Assembly: GCA_010093815.1 (NCBI GenBank)
Contig: ML996583.1
Reading direction: 5' to 3' (one strand)
DNA: 64,000 nt
Source of the DNA: Pseudovirgaria hyperparasitica
Taxonomy: Eukaryota
The translations under genes were made by a program, and so were the position numbers. Positions 1 through 12,056 of the stretch are shown here, piece by piece; positions within the stretch are counted from its first letter, which is position 1; each line of letters starts with the position of its first letter. The notes under the pieces are model-generated. The model was given only the letters and a program-made list of their open reading frames with translations. It made no database searches and had not been told where the DNA came from.

Positions 1-157
1 ACGAGTTGAAGGCTGAATATCTTCTCTGGGCTCTATATGAGGAGCCCGGGAATCAAAAGCATTGGCGCGTTCCCGGACCCGAAGGAGCAGTTGTTCAATA
101 GGCACACTATCTATCATACTACGAACCACAGCTCCCCTATGGTCGTATCATAGACCT

Positions 158-645
158 CTAGGCGTAGACATATATGTTTTGCGGACTCGATTCGCCCATC
201 CAGTGGTCCGCCTGCCGAAGAGCTCGGATTAGAAACTGAGAAATATCAAACCCTCTTACTATCCTAGCCTCCTGAAGCATAGCTATAGCCGCCATTGTCC
301 AAGTGACATAGTTCTGCTGCGGCGTTGCGTTTTTGACGGGAACCGGTACAGTAGCTAAGATCGCCTGGATCTGATCGTTTGTAATATCGTTAGGCACCTT
401 TCCTATCAGGACCCTGCCAATAAGATGACCGCTTTGAAGAGGATTAACTCCCTGCTTGGCCGAAATACCCAGTTACGGTCGGGATTTAGGTCTTGCCTTG
501 CTACTGGATCAAGTACAATCCCATCGGACACATCAATCGCAAAGCAGTCGTGACCGGTCGATTTTTTTCGGTGTGATAAGGATGCTCCAGTGATAAGCAC
601 TATATTGTAGCTCAACCCGGTTCTGTCCAAGTGATAGTTCGTCAC
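158..645 (-). pseudogene. Degraded hypothetical-protein gene (two broken frames)
   Basis: ORFs 406-645 and 158-397 are adjacent on the same strand and read like one interrupted protein (…ILLAG / …PNDITNDQIQAILATVPVP…QQNYVTWTMAAI); TpA-rich surroundings. Confidence 0.3.
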
Positions 646-842
646 GATGATGGATCGAAACGTAGACTCGACGTTTATCGCTCATAGTCAATCTGAATTG
701 TTAGCTCGAGGCTATATACAAGAGAAGCACTGCTTACAGTGTGTTTCGAAGACTAGTTGTTAAGGATACTCGTTGTGCGGGCCGTGTGGACTGTACGTAG
801 GCTTTCTTGCTGGAGGCTTTCTCGAAATCCCTTCCTACTTAT

Positions 843-1411
843 ACACCGTGAATGGCGCTGTGCTGATTAGCCTGCCTAGTACCCCAAACTTAGTGTTAGC
901 ATATTCATTGGATAGGAGCCCATGAAAGACGGTACTTATCTCTCCAGCCTCGTAGGAGCTCTCTAAGTAGACTACACTAGGCAGCAGTTAGTATAAACAA
1001 TAGTACGCTGCGCTTATGTGGCACAGTGCCAGCACTTGCTTTTAGACTACTCTTGACATAGATAATTTATTGAATAACGTTGGGATGAGGATTCCGTTCG
1101 AGGAGTTCCAACGCCTTAGCGCTTACCGTATATAGGGTTCAGAACCTCCATTAGTATATAATCATCGACCATGTTCGTGGTGAAAGTGCGAATTCGGGTA
1201 TACTTCCCTTTTGGTCCTTCACCATAAATGGCGCTTAAACTTAGTATTAGCATATTCATTGGACGAGAGGCTATGAAAGAATGTACTTGTTTTTCCAGCT
1301 TCTCAGGCGCTCCTCAACGCCATGCAGTCTATCACCAGGCAGCAGTCAGTACGAACAAAAGTGGGCTGCGCTTATGTAGCACACTTGCTTTCAGCCTGCT
1401 CTTGGCATAGA
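843..1411 (+). repeat. Diverged direct repeat of about 200 bp (843-1062 and 1221-1411)
   Basis: Shared blocks in the same order: AATGGCGCT, AAACTTAGT[G/A]TTAGCATATTCATTGGA, ATGAAAGA, GGCAGCAGT[T/C]AGTA, GCTGCGCTTATGT, CACTTGCTTT, CTCTTG[A/G]CATAGA. Confidence 0.75.
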
Positions 1412-1839
1412 TCTTCCATCGATTGTCGGTTTGACTGATTTGGTATGCAGCTTAAGCCGAAGTCACAATTTGGATAAATGGCGTACATAAGCCGCTGCTC
1501 CGCGGCATCAACAGCAAACTTGCAACAACTCTCAAAAATAACTTCCAACATCGTCATGTATGTGCTATCCTTAATTCTCTCCGCTTAACCTAATTCGAGA
1601 TAGGTGTCACAACCGAAGTATCACGGTTATATTGATCGTTAAGGGCAGCCCCAGAGACTCTATGAAGTAGTCATCAGCGACTACAGAAACTCTTAGTATG
1701 TGGGACCGGCTAACAACCCAGCAAATAACGAGACTACAAACTATCCGATCCAGCTTTGCAAGCATATTGGGCGCAACATCGGGCCACTGGTCAAGAGATT
1801 GCTCGTAGCAGCTATTGATCTATCACCTTGGCGCAGTCG

Positions 1840-2453
1840 ATCATGCTTCCTTATCGTGCTGCTGTGATGAAGTCTTCTATCCTGCGTCTCTAGTAACGAC
1901 TAAGCTTTCTCTAATGAGCATATAAGAGCCTAGATCTATGAGATTCCATATGTCGTTCGCATGAATTATGGTATTACTGGGTTTCATATCGTTATATGCA
2001 AGGACAAAGGAGTGAAGATGTGTCGCTACGGCCTTAAATTCTATTAAAGCAGAGGTCGATGTTAATTTCAGAGCTAGCAGTCCGAAGGTATTCCTCGAGT
2101 GTATGGCGATATCATTCCAAGGTAAGACTAAAAATACAATCGCGATGAACCAGATAGCCGTGATATCGAATAATATCAAGATAAGGATTCCGTTCGAGAA
2201 GTGCCAACGCCTCGGCTAACCCCCTGAGCTCGTTGTAGAACGAGAGTGGAGGTCCTTTCAAGACATAGTTCGTGTGATTTGTAGCCGCTCTTGTGATATG
2301 TGTGGGAGCTGAAGGATAGACGTCTTTTTCTGGAGCAAGCTTTAAATTTTCTCCAAGTATCTTAGGACGAAGTAGGCATCGTAGACCTGCCAAAGTAAAC
2401 CCAATGGTCGTTATCGATAACGGTAAACGTGGAGTATAGAAATCGGTGCTCAC
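1840..2453 (-). pseudogene. Protein-kinase-like pseudogene
   Basis: Split frames give YVLKGP…LERNPYLDIIRYHGYLV, HLHSFVLAYNDMKPSNTII (HxDxKxxN-like loop) and LIDLGS (DFG equivalent); frameshift near 2112-2179 and an in-frame stop at 1877. Confidence 0.65.
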
Positions 2454-2974
2454 CGTTAATAGACTTAGAGTGCTCGCAAAGTGTCTTTAATTGTTCACCT
2501 TTGGACGGGCATTACGTATTATAAGAGACGTCTATCCATGTATGGCGGCGTAGAGTTGAATGAGCGCTAGAAGTACTATCCATTCGCTTAGTCTCCGCCA
2601 CTAGTAAGACTAATTAGTGTCTAAAGCTAATTGAGAATCCTTAGAAGATTTCAAAAATACATTTTAGAAACCTAGAAATTGTTAAGAATCGAGATAGATT
2701 GCGATATTAACTACTATGAGCCACTACACCAATTCGGACAATTATGTTTAAAATTCTCAAAACATGTATATATCAAGCGGAGTACCACACTGAATTATCG
2801 TTTTCGCTACATGCCATCGGGTAACACTCACGTGTAATCAAGGGATTCAGTCGTCCTTGTTTATACTAGCCCACCACAGAATTTATCACGTGCAGAGCTG
2901 GATGGCTCGGATCTTCCAAGCCTCAAAATATACGTTATTGAGTTTACATATATAGATATCTATACTCACTCTCC

Positions 2975-3130
2975 CTCCAACCGATTCGTTTCGATTTAAC
3001 CGATCGATTCGACACTTCGAATCGGAATCGAATCGAAGTATACTGATTCGCTCAAAACCATAAATCGGATCGTGAATCACCGATTCTGTGGGACCTTGAA
3101 TCGCCACTGAATTGATTGATGCCAACTCCG
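2975..3130. mobile_element. Relic end of a DNA transposon (hAT-like), GAATC/GATTC-rich subterminal region
   Basis: Dense GATTCG/CGAATC motifs ending in GATTGATGCCAACTC; the same terminus (GATTGGTGCCAACTCTG) ends a similar tract at 19699. No TSD found. Confidence 0.4.
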
Positions 3131-3769
3131 GCCGTACGCTGAATCAAATGTATGCCTTGTGGCGTAAACAGTGAGATGAGACATGGAATCATCAGGCCAA
3201 CCCAGGCTGACGAATGAGAGCGGAGTTGTCTTACGAACGCAACAATTCCCGCCTGAAGGGTGTCCTAGGTGATAAGGGCGCCCGTATCGCGTGGGTCGCT
3301 ATAAACAGTTCAACAGGGGGCTCCCAATTCATACTCACCAATCGCCAATATATATCCGCGTGCAGGCAGCATCACCGGAATAAAGCTCAAAAACGTTAAT
3401 TAATTAGATAGTCACGACCTATGACCATAAGTACTAGTCTTATGGCAATAAGCCTGGCCTTTGTAAGTAGTACTCAATTATAGGCAATACTAGGGCATGT
3501 TATCATGGTTGAAAGATACGTAGAAGGATATGAGGTCCGCGATCGGTGAGTATTGGTAGCCCCTGTTGTTTCTTATGCCTTGTGGCGAAAAAAGTGGAAC
3601 GAAACCCAGAGCAAGAAGGATGATAACACCAGAGACAGAGAATGGCTTTCAGGGCTTGTTGAGGCGTTATAAGAGTTAGAGATATACCCAGTAATCTAAT
3701 TTATTCCAAAGGTCCTGCATCCTTCTTTCACTCAGGTTCTTCTCATTTTCTTCTATGAATTCATTCATC

Positions 3770-5374
3770 ATGCCAGGTCTTTCTTTCCTCCTATCCATGC
3801 GATCTGCTGCGCTGGGACTCGGCCTCTTGGCTCTGTCACCCGCGGCGACAATCGCTGCTCCACTATCAACTGTACCTCGTCAAGATGCTAGCTCTAGGCA
3901 GCGGGCCGACGATCTCTGCAGCTCCATGAATGCTGACCCTGCAGATGGTTTCCAGAGCATTACCACGCTACCTACGGAGTCTGGGTACTCCACTGGAATA
4001 GATATCAACTGGTAAGTGATCTATGGTACGCCCCCGCCTGGAAGCATATAAATGAACCTCTGTAGGTCTGCCACTTGCCATAAGCAGGCCAGCTGTATCG
4101 TGAGACCCGAAGAGACAAGTCAGCTGCAGCGACTTGTCCAGAGGTTGGTCGAGAACGATGTAAGATTCGCTGTCCGCAGCGGTGGCCACTCGCCTAATCT
4201 ACTCGCGGCGGCCATAGAAGACGGTATCCTCATCGATATGTCGGGCTTCGACGAGGTCACCATTGACAAGGATAACGGTGTCGTAGTCGTTGGCTCCGGA
4301 CAGAGATGGGGAGACAAGATCTTCCCGGCACTCACCGCCGAAGGCCTGATGGCCGTTGGAGGTCGTGTCCCAGCAGTCGGTGTTGGTGGCTTCTTGCAAG
4401 GTACTGGTCTATCATATCTATCCGGCCGTTACGGTCTTGCCTGCGATAATGTCAAAAACTTCGAAGTTATCCTTTCCGACGGTTCCCTCGTCAATGCCAA
4501 CACGGACGAGAACCCCGACCTTTTTAAAGCCATGAAGGGTACTGGCAACCAATTTGGTATTGTCACCCGGTTCACCATCTATACCTATCCTCTAGGCCAG
4601 ATCTGGGGTGGTCAGAAATTCTACGGCCCTGAACAACTCCCCGCGCTCTTGCAAGCTTCCCTCGAATTTCAACAAAACGCTGCTTTGCATGACGTTGACG
4701 CCAGCATAATGCTTCTATACTTCCCGACTGGTCCAGACGCTGGCGGTGTGCTGAGTATGGTCTACCTCAAACCTGAGGCTAATCCTCCGGCCTTCGCTCC
4801 CTTCGAGAACATTCCCACGACGGACGATAACACAAAAATCCAGTCTCTTACCTCGATGATTGCCGGCGCGCCCGTGCCCCCGAACCCACGCTGGGACTGG
4901 TGGAACGTAAACTTCAGGCCTACAGCGGCGATCTATGATCATTTTCAACCGCTCCTCCAGGGTCAGCCTGTTGAAACCATTTCGTCTGTTAAGAACAGCA
5001 CAATCGCGGTTGGGCTCAACTCCATCGGACCGAACGTAATTCAGCGTGGCATAGACATGGGCGGAAATCTCCTTGGCAACACGGTCGAGGCGCAGACGTG
5101 GTTTGCGATCAATGCTGGGTGGGCGAATGCAGCTGACGATGAGACCGTACATACGGCGGGCGGAGAGCTTATCAGGCAGATGAGAGATGTAACGATCAAG
5201 GAAGGCGAGCATATCGAGTGGCTGTTTCCCAATGAGGCGAATCATGATCAACAGGTCACCGGCTCATTTGGCGTACAGAACGTGGAGGAGCTAAGGAGGG
5301 TGAGAGATAAGTACGATCCTCAGCGCGTCTACCAGAGGCTTTTGCCAGGGGGTTTCAAGATTCCAGGCTCGTGA
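3770..5374 (+). CDS. Secreted FAD-linked oxidoreductase (berberine-bridge/VAO-type), copy 1
   Basis: Signal-peptide-like N-terminus; intron 4012-4065 (GTAAGT…TGTAG) joins INW|SATC; RSGGHS covalent-FAD histidine motif, VGGRVPAVGVGG, C-terminal KYDPQRVYQRLLPGGFK. Confidence 0.9.
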
Positions 5375-6018
5375 TGGCAGAGATCCCTTCGCGGAGAGGG
5401 TCTCTAGAGTGCTATCAGCAACAACACAGCTTAACATAGTATACATATTGCTCGAAGACTAAGAATGGAATCAATGGATACCATTGACTGAGTCCGCTTG
5501 GGATCCTTTGGGCCCACCTGTCCTTGACCCGTCTCCCGAATGTAGCAGAAGGGCAGTGGATCGTGTATGGTGCTAGATGTTGCCGTTTCATTTGGGTAAA
5601 AGCGCAGTACGTGGGGTCCAGGCAGTCAGCCTTAAGCAGGGTCGTGTATCCACCGCCACCGAGGGAATTCCACGGGCTAATCATCAGCTTAGAGAGGTAG
5701 TGCCAGCGAAATTTCCCGATTAGAGACCGACCAGTTTGGGCATAAAAACGAGTCCTGGTATCGGGAACTGAGAATCTCGGGGACTCAAGATACTCACTAA
5801 GAATCCCACCATCCTCCCGAAGATCCAACGGAATTGCTCGAGTCAAGCTCGCAATCCGAGTGGTAACCCGCGGGTAGTCATCGCATGCAGGCCATAGAAG
5901 GACCAGCCATTTAATAAGTGGGCAGTAATCTCAGCTTCCGCTTTCCAGAAATGAAAGCCAACTTGAATTTTGGCTCAGTGAATGCACGACCGGTCTCATT
6001 ACCATCCTCGATTTCATA

Positions 6019-7129
6019 ATGCCGTTGCAAGCCGCAATTTTTGTCATGTCCCTCGAGTGCTCGCCTGCACACTCGTTCGCGCACAAGCTTGATATGGCCA
6101 AGAAGTACGTAATCAGCGGCATTGAGCTGTGGTGGGAGGATCTTTTGGCAGTGCGCAAGCTGCGAGGCATGTGTGACAAGCATTCCTTGCAGATAATCTC
6201 GATACAGTCGTTCTATCATTACGAGGGGCTTCGGGACCGTTCCATTCACGAGCAACGTACTGCTCGGCTCCAGGAGTGGTTCTAAGCAGCACACATCCTT
6301 GGCACCGACCTGATCCTGATTCCGTCCAACTTCCTGTCTGCAGAGGAGCTGACTGACGATGCGGCGGTTCGGCTAGCGGATTTGCGAAAGGTAGGTTCCA
6401 GTCCACCTCCACCGTCCACTGTTCAAGCATGTCGACGTCCATTGCACCGTGGCGTTCAGCCTTGCTCCATTTTGAACACTTTGTCATGCAGATGGCCGAC
6501 TTGGGACTTGACAAACGACCAATAATGAGGTTTTGCTATGAGAGCTTAGCGTGGGACACAAATGCGGATACATGGGAGAAGAGTTTGGAGGTGGTACAGC
6601 AAGTGGACCGCCCCAACTTTGGCATCTGCCTGGACGCCTTTAACATTGCGGCCCGGGTCTTTGCCGATTCCGCCGCGCCAAGCGGATGTGCCCGTGATGG
6701 CATGAAGGAACTCGTGTCTAGTCTCGAGCGTCTGCGGTGTAGTGTTGAGCCAGCGAAGGTGTTTCTAGTCCAGCTTGTCGACGCAGGACGTCTCAAGGAG
6801 CCGTTGGTAGAGGGACATGAGCTCTACCAAGCGGCACAGCCAAGCCGCATGTCTTGGTCACGCAACTGCCGCCTGTTCTATGGGGAACACGGTGGATATC
6901 TTCCAATCAGGGAAATCGCCTGGTGTTGCTTCATGATCTAAAATATGACTGCTGGGTTAGTTCGGAATCATTCAACCGGCGAATGTCGGACGACGATACG
7001 GGAGTTGCTGAAGAACTCGCCAGGCGTGTTCTATCCCAGGATATGGATAGAAGGCAGACCGGGGGATTGCCGTGCCATGGTGGTTTTAATCGTGATCTTA
7101 TCTCGCATTTGAATGCTGCCCCGTTGTAG
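6019..7129 (+). pseudogene. 3-dehydroshikimate dehydratase (QutC/QA-4-like, xylose-isomerase-like TIM barrel), inactivated
   Basis: Motifs HKLDMA…GIELWWEDL, HYEGL, AHILGTDLILIPSNF, RFCYESLAW, VDRPNFGICLDAFNIA, RMSWSRNCRLFYGE; in-frame TAA at 6283-6285; intron 6391-6491; frameshift near 6930 (continues HDLKYDCWVSSESFNRRMSD in another frame). Confidence 0.8.
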
Positions 7130-7493
7130 GTGCAAGGCTCGGGTAATCTATGGTGTATCATGCATACATAGCATTGGCCCCTTCGTTTAATATCAATATG
7201 CAGCGGAGAGAGTATTGTTGAAAGGTGGATTTGTTCCCAGAGAAAAAAGATTATGCATCCATCGCTGGAGACTCGTAGAATCGGCGGCGTAGTGAGCACT
7301 AGTTACTGCAGTAAGAACACAGTTTTCAACATGGGTTGATCATGATCGCGTTCAAAACGCCAACTTGAACAACCTTGGATCTAAGGCACGCAATTAAGGC
7401 TGACATGGACACCTTAGGTATTATTAGGGCGTGCCTGGTGTGAACCTTAGTGCTTTAACGTCTCGCTCGCGGCTCTTCCAGTAATCCATCGTG

Positions 7494-9641
7494 ATGTTCA
7501 CGACTTTCTCCATCAAAAACAAGACCGAGGACGTGGCTGTTCGAGCTGATCAGCCTCGGACCAAAAAGAAGCCCGTCCCACTCGCCTGCGAGTATTGCAG
7601 GAAGAATCGCGTCAAGTGCGACAACGCCAAACCCTGCCGACACTGCACCTCCAGAAAGCTGAACTGTGTTTACTTGGAGCATGCTGACGTCCGCGTCCTG
7701 GTCAAGTATGTCCTTTGCAATGTCTTGGAGCGCCAGACTGACGTCAGCAGACAGGTACAGTGCCTGGTCGGCAAGGTCCGCCATCTCGAAGACCGCCTGG
7801 AAGAGGAGCAGCAGAAGACGAAAGCCCTCGCGGTACAGCAAGCCTACAGTCAACACGATGCAACGTCCATTCACCTCCGTCCCGCTACCGTCAGTATCTG
7901 CTCGGATGATCTAGCCTCTCCCACCGACGAGCCCTCGCTCCGGCTCGACCTGTCCACCAATGCCTATGCCGCAAAGATTGACACCATCCTCTCGCAGCAA
8001 CAGGTGTGCGTCCCTCTCAGCGTCGCCTCCATAACCTCCGGAGCTTCTTTCAACATCAGCACGCACCAATTTCTTCCAAGCCCTCGTCTTCCTCTGTCGC
8101 GCAAGCTGCAGGACCATTACAATCGACTCTATTGGCGAAGGCTTCACCAAGCACTTCCAGTACTGCAAGCAGACTCGTACAAGGCACATTATGCCATGCT
8201 GTGGCATTCGGATGGCTCGCGCCACATATCTTCCCTTGTAGATATCGTGCACGCGCTTGCCGTCCAGTCAGAGTACAGTTCCAAAGTCCCAGATCTTTCC
8301 GATCAGCCAGGGCTTCTAGAGACCGATAGCGCTAAAGACAAGGCTCGGTCTCTAGCTAGCTCGCTTTTCCAATCGTGCTCAGACGTACTCAACAAGGAGC
8401 ATGATTCTCCGACCTGGACTACTCTTCAATGCTACATCCTTCAAGTGCATTACCTCCATAATGAATGGAGACACAAATCTGCTTACCAAGTCCTAGGCCT
8501 GGCAATCCGGGCCGCACATATCCTGGGCTTGCATCAGAGAGCGCCCCAGGGAACTCCAACTGATGACCTGAATACACAAGACCGAATGCGAGATCTCCTC
8601 TTCTGTCTCGATACGCAGCAGCTCATTGAATATGGTATGCCATGCGGCCTCCCAGATCGTACCCCAAAACGATATATACCACCACCAGATCCTGAGAATA
8701 GAGACTTCTGGTTCTATTACTCGAGCATGATGATCATTGCCAAAAGCATACACAATCATTTGAACACAGATTTACAACCTTTAGCGTCACGTCCTACCAC
8801 GGGTACGAATTCGGAGATCGGTTTCGATGCGTTGAAGCGAATGGAAGTAGCTTTGCCAAAGCTGTGTCTTGTGGTGGAAGCATGGGCAGAATCTCTCCCC
8901 CCCAAGTTTCAGCTGACTCAGGCAAATGGAGAGACATCCCTGACTATGAAGCCAGCCATGCGCATTGATCCTGATGTACCTGTATGGCATCTTCGACAAT
9001 ATGTCCTGCTGGATATCTCGTATCATTGGGTTTGTCTGACCCTGGTGCGATGGTTCTTGGACCCGAAGAGCAATGTTGAGCCATCCGAGGTTCAACCTTT
9101 CGACCAATTTGCAATCCGGGCAGCCCAGCACGCTACAGCTATCGTGAAAATCTTAGATGTTACCAACAACGAGACAGAAGCGCTGCAAGGCTGGCTCATC
9201 GCTCATCGGATCGTATGGGATGCTGCGCTTGCTCTGATCGGATTTCTTCATGGTAGACCCGGACATTCGCTTACCGCCGAAGTCATATCGGCGCTTACCA
9301 TGTCGGGCACAATCCTAGAAACACAGGGCACGAGGTTCGCCCACGCTGCCTTTCCTGTTATTCGTGAAGTTCTCCAAAACATGGAGCCACAGAGCAGCGG
9401 TAGCGAAAGTTTATCAGCGGGCAGCTCGACACTATCGTCCTCTCGTGACATGGCACAATCACCTCCATCCTTGAGTTATCCTGACATAGACCTGGGTGAC
9501 ATTATGAATGACGCACCTCACGAGATATTTGATTTTCCTTCGGTGGACTTTGACCTGATGCCGATACTCGGACCGGCGCCGCTAGTCTTGCAAGACCATA
9601 GGACGAGACTTGAATCCGAATTACTTGATTACATCACTTAG
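7494..9641 (+). CDS. Zn(II)2Cys6 transcription factor with fungal TF middle-homology region (likely cluster regulator)
   Basis: ACEYCRKNRVKCDNAKPCRHCTSRKLNC zinc cluster, coiled coil, LGLAIRAAHILGLH motif; uninterrupted ORF. Confidence 0.92.
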   Translation: MFTTFSIKNKTEDVAVRADQPRTKKKPVPLACEYCRKNRVKCDNAKPCRHCTSRKLNCVYLEHADVRVLVKYVLCNVLERQTDVSRQVQCLVGKVRHLEDRLEEEQQKTKALAVQQAYSQHDATSIHLRPATVSICSDDLASPTDEPSLRLDLSTNAYAAKIDTILSQQQVCVPLSVASITSGASFNISTHQFLPSPRLPLSRKLQDHYNRLYWRRLHQALPVLQADSYKAHYAMLWHSDGSRHISSLVDIVHALAVQSEYSSKVPDLSDQPGLLETDSAKDKARSLASSLFQSCSDVLNKEHDSPTWTTLQCYILQVHYLHNEWRHKSAYQVLGLAIRAAHILGLHQRAPQGTPTDDLNTQDRMRDLLFCLDTQQLIEYGMPCGLPDRTPKRYIPPPDPENRDFWFYYSSMMIIAKSIHNHLNTDLQPLASRPTTGTNSEIGFDALKRMEVALPKLCLVVEAWAESLPPKFQLTQANGETSLTMKPAMRIDPDVPVWHLRQYVLLDISYHWVCLTLVRWFLDPKSNVEPSEVQPFDQFAIRAAQHATAIVKILDVTNNETEALQGWLIAHRIVWDAALALIGFLHGRPGHSLTAEVISALTMSGTILETQGTRFAHAAFPVIREVLQNMEPQSSGSESLSAGSSTLSSSRDMAQSPPSLSYPDIDLGDIMNDAPHEIFDFPSVDFDLMPILGPAPLVLQDHRTRLESELLDYIT

Positions 9642-10084
9642 CTCTGTCAGTATTCGGGATATTAATTCTCCCAATTGTAAAGTCTTGAGCGTTAGTCTCG
9701 GCGTTGTGGGAAACGCTTTCGCCCAGGTCGCGATGAGGGAAGCGACGCACTCATTAGGTACCCGTGTCTGACGCATGTCTCTCAACGATGGATGATGCGC
9801 CGTGCATTTCCTAGGCAATGCACCCCTGAAGGCACTCGGGCTCTACATAGAGATCTGCCGCTAAGCTCACGCGAGACTGGCTACATATGGTCTTCCGATG
9901 ATGGCCCAATTAGGCTAGCCTGAATAGACCTTGCAGTTCAGGCGTATAGACCATGCCTTGCCTTTAAGGCGAGGTCAGCAATTATATAACTCTTTTACTT
10001 ACAAGACTATTCTGTATGCTGGTCAAGGTACATCTCCGGCTATTCCAGTCCTCTCGTGAATTCCTCGCATCCTGTCGCTTCACG

Positions 10085-11688
10085 ATGAATACCCATCCTC
10101 ATGTTATTATCATCGGAGCAGGTATTGGCGGCTTGACGACTGCGATAGGTAAGCTATTCAGTTTCTTCCTCAATGTAGCTCTCTCTAACAGGCCCCCAGC
10201 ACTGTGTCAAGTCGGATGTAAGGTCACCATTTTGGAGCAAGCTTCTAGGCTTTCCGAAATTGGAGCAGGTATACAACTTGTAGGCGCAACGTAACTAGCT
10301 TTTTATCCTAACTAATGTCATACGGGCCCCAAACGCTACACGCGTACTTCAAAACCTGGGCGTTCTTGCAGAGGTAACTATCTATGCAAATAAACCCGCC
10401 GGTCTTGTTGTGCGCCGCTACGATGATGATTCAGAGATTGGACCCCGCTCACATAGCGATGGCCTCGACAAAAAATTCGATTCTCCAATGCTAGTCATCG
10501 TGGGTGCGCGCCAGACCAATCGTTTGGAGCTCTGCTGATACTTTCGTAAGCATCGAGCCGACCTTCAAAGAGTACTGTTGAAGGCTGTCCATGCCCAAGG
10601 CGCCCGCCTTCACATGAGCGCTCGTGTCAAAACTGTCGACCCTGATTTCAACGCCAAAGTTGAGCTTGAGACAGGACAACAGTTCGAGGGTGATCTTGTC
10701 GTCGGGGCGGACGGGATAAACAGCCAAGTCAGGGCACAGATGGTAAGATATTGGGAGATCCCAGACGAACTCACAGCGACCGGCGATGCAGCATATAGAG
10801 TCACTATACCGCGGCACAAGCTGCTTGAATGTCCCGGCCTCATACAAGAAATTGATGGCAGAGTCAGCAGTCGGTGGATCGGCCCTCATGGCCATATCAT
10901 GGCATATCCACTCCGTGGCAACGAGCTTTATAATGTGGTCATGGTTCACCGAAATGAAGAGGCTGGACTGGATAAATCAAACATATGGACACGCCGAGGA
11001 CGTATGACGGCTTTATTGAGGTTCTATGGCAGCTGGAGTCCTCTGGTGAATATTCTGGCGAAACAAATCAACACCGAAGGACTCGTGCAGTGGCCATTAG
11101 AGACCCGTCCACATTTGCCAAGCTGGTCCGTCAATCGAATCTGTCTTCTTGGAGACTCAGTCCATGCCATGCTACCATATGTGTACGTGCATTTCTAAAC
11201 GTATTGTCTGCTGGACTCCTTCATAACAAGTTTCGAACAGCGCCCAAGGGGCTGCGCAGGCTATCGAAGATGCCGCTGTTTTAGGCACTTGCCTTTCACA
11301 GATCAGTGATATTCCGCAGGTCCTTTCGATATACGAGCGTGTCCGCAAAGCAAGGGCAGAGTTCATTCAAAACTCTGCTTCTACGATGCGGACAGTCCTA
11401 CATTACGAGGACGGAGTCGATCAGGAGAAACGCGATGCCATAATGCGAGCGCCGAGAATCGCCGGCTGGAAGCACCCGGATCTTTGGGCTGATGCAGAAT
11501 ACCAAAATACCGTTTGGGGTTATGATGTAATTGCGGAGACTCAACGAGAGTGCAGCAAATGTCTAGAACCCCCAAATAACGCAGAGAGGCAAGTGAAAAG
11601 ACGGTCAAGGCAAGTTGAGTACGTAGTAGTCTTCATTCTTGTGCTCTTATTAGAGTGTATGCTTAAATATATCTGGTGGGGCTCCTGA
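10085..11688 (+). CDS. FAD-dependent aromatic monooxygenase (salicylate/hydroxybenzoate hydroxylase family); one non-canonical splice acceptor
   Basis: IIGAGIGGL, EIGAGIQL|APNATRVL, I|HRADL, VVGADGINS, LLGDSVHAMLPYV|AQGAAQAIEDA; introns 10149-10199, 10280-10325 (ends CGG), 10500-10550, 11183-11240; C-terminal hydrophobic tail. Confidence 0.85.
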
Positions 11689-12056
11689 CATGTTTATGAT
11701 TACGGACTCCACAACGAAGAGCACAATGGATGAAGTCTCCATGAACCTATTTCAAAGCCCCTTCGATAACTCAGCGTTTCTAAGCACTGCGGGTGGCACA
11801 CTCTCCGACCTGAGTCCACCACTGCCTTCCCTTATTCAACTGTAAGTTTACTCTGATCTTTAGTCCCCCCACGTCGTCCCTCTTTGAAATTACGACCTTT
11901 TCCCCGCGTCCTCATCACCGCCACCTCAATCCGTCATAATAAAAATCATCTGACGTAATGTTCAGGATGTTTTCTGTACCATTGCTACCCAGGCCCAAGA
12001 GACTCTACGCCAATATTTTAAAGAACGATAAGCTCTCTTGTCCAGGGACCATGGTC

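Noticed and set aside
5415..5846. 143-aa minus-strand ORF between oxidase 1 and the dehydratase
   Set aside because: Non-ATG start and no recognisable motif; may be a relic but I cannot support a call.
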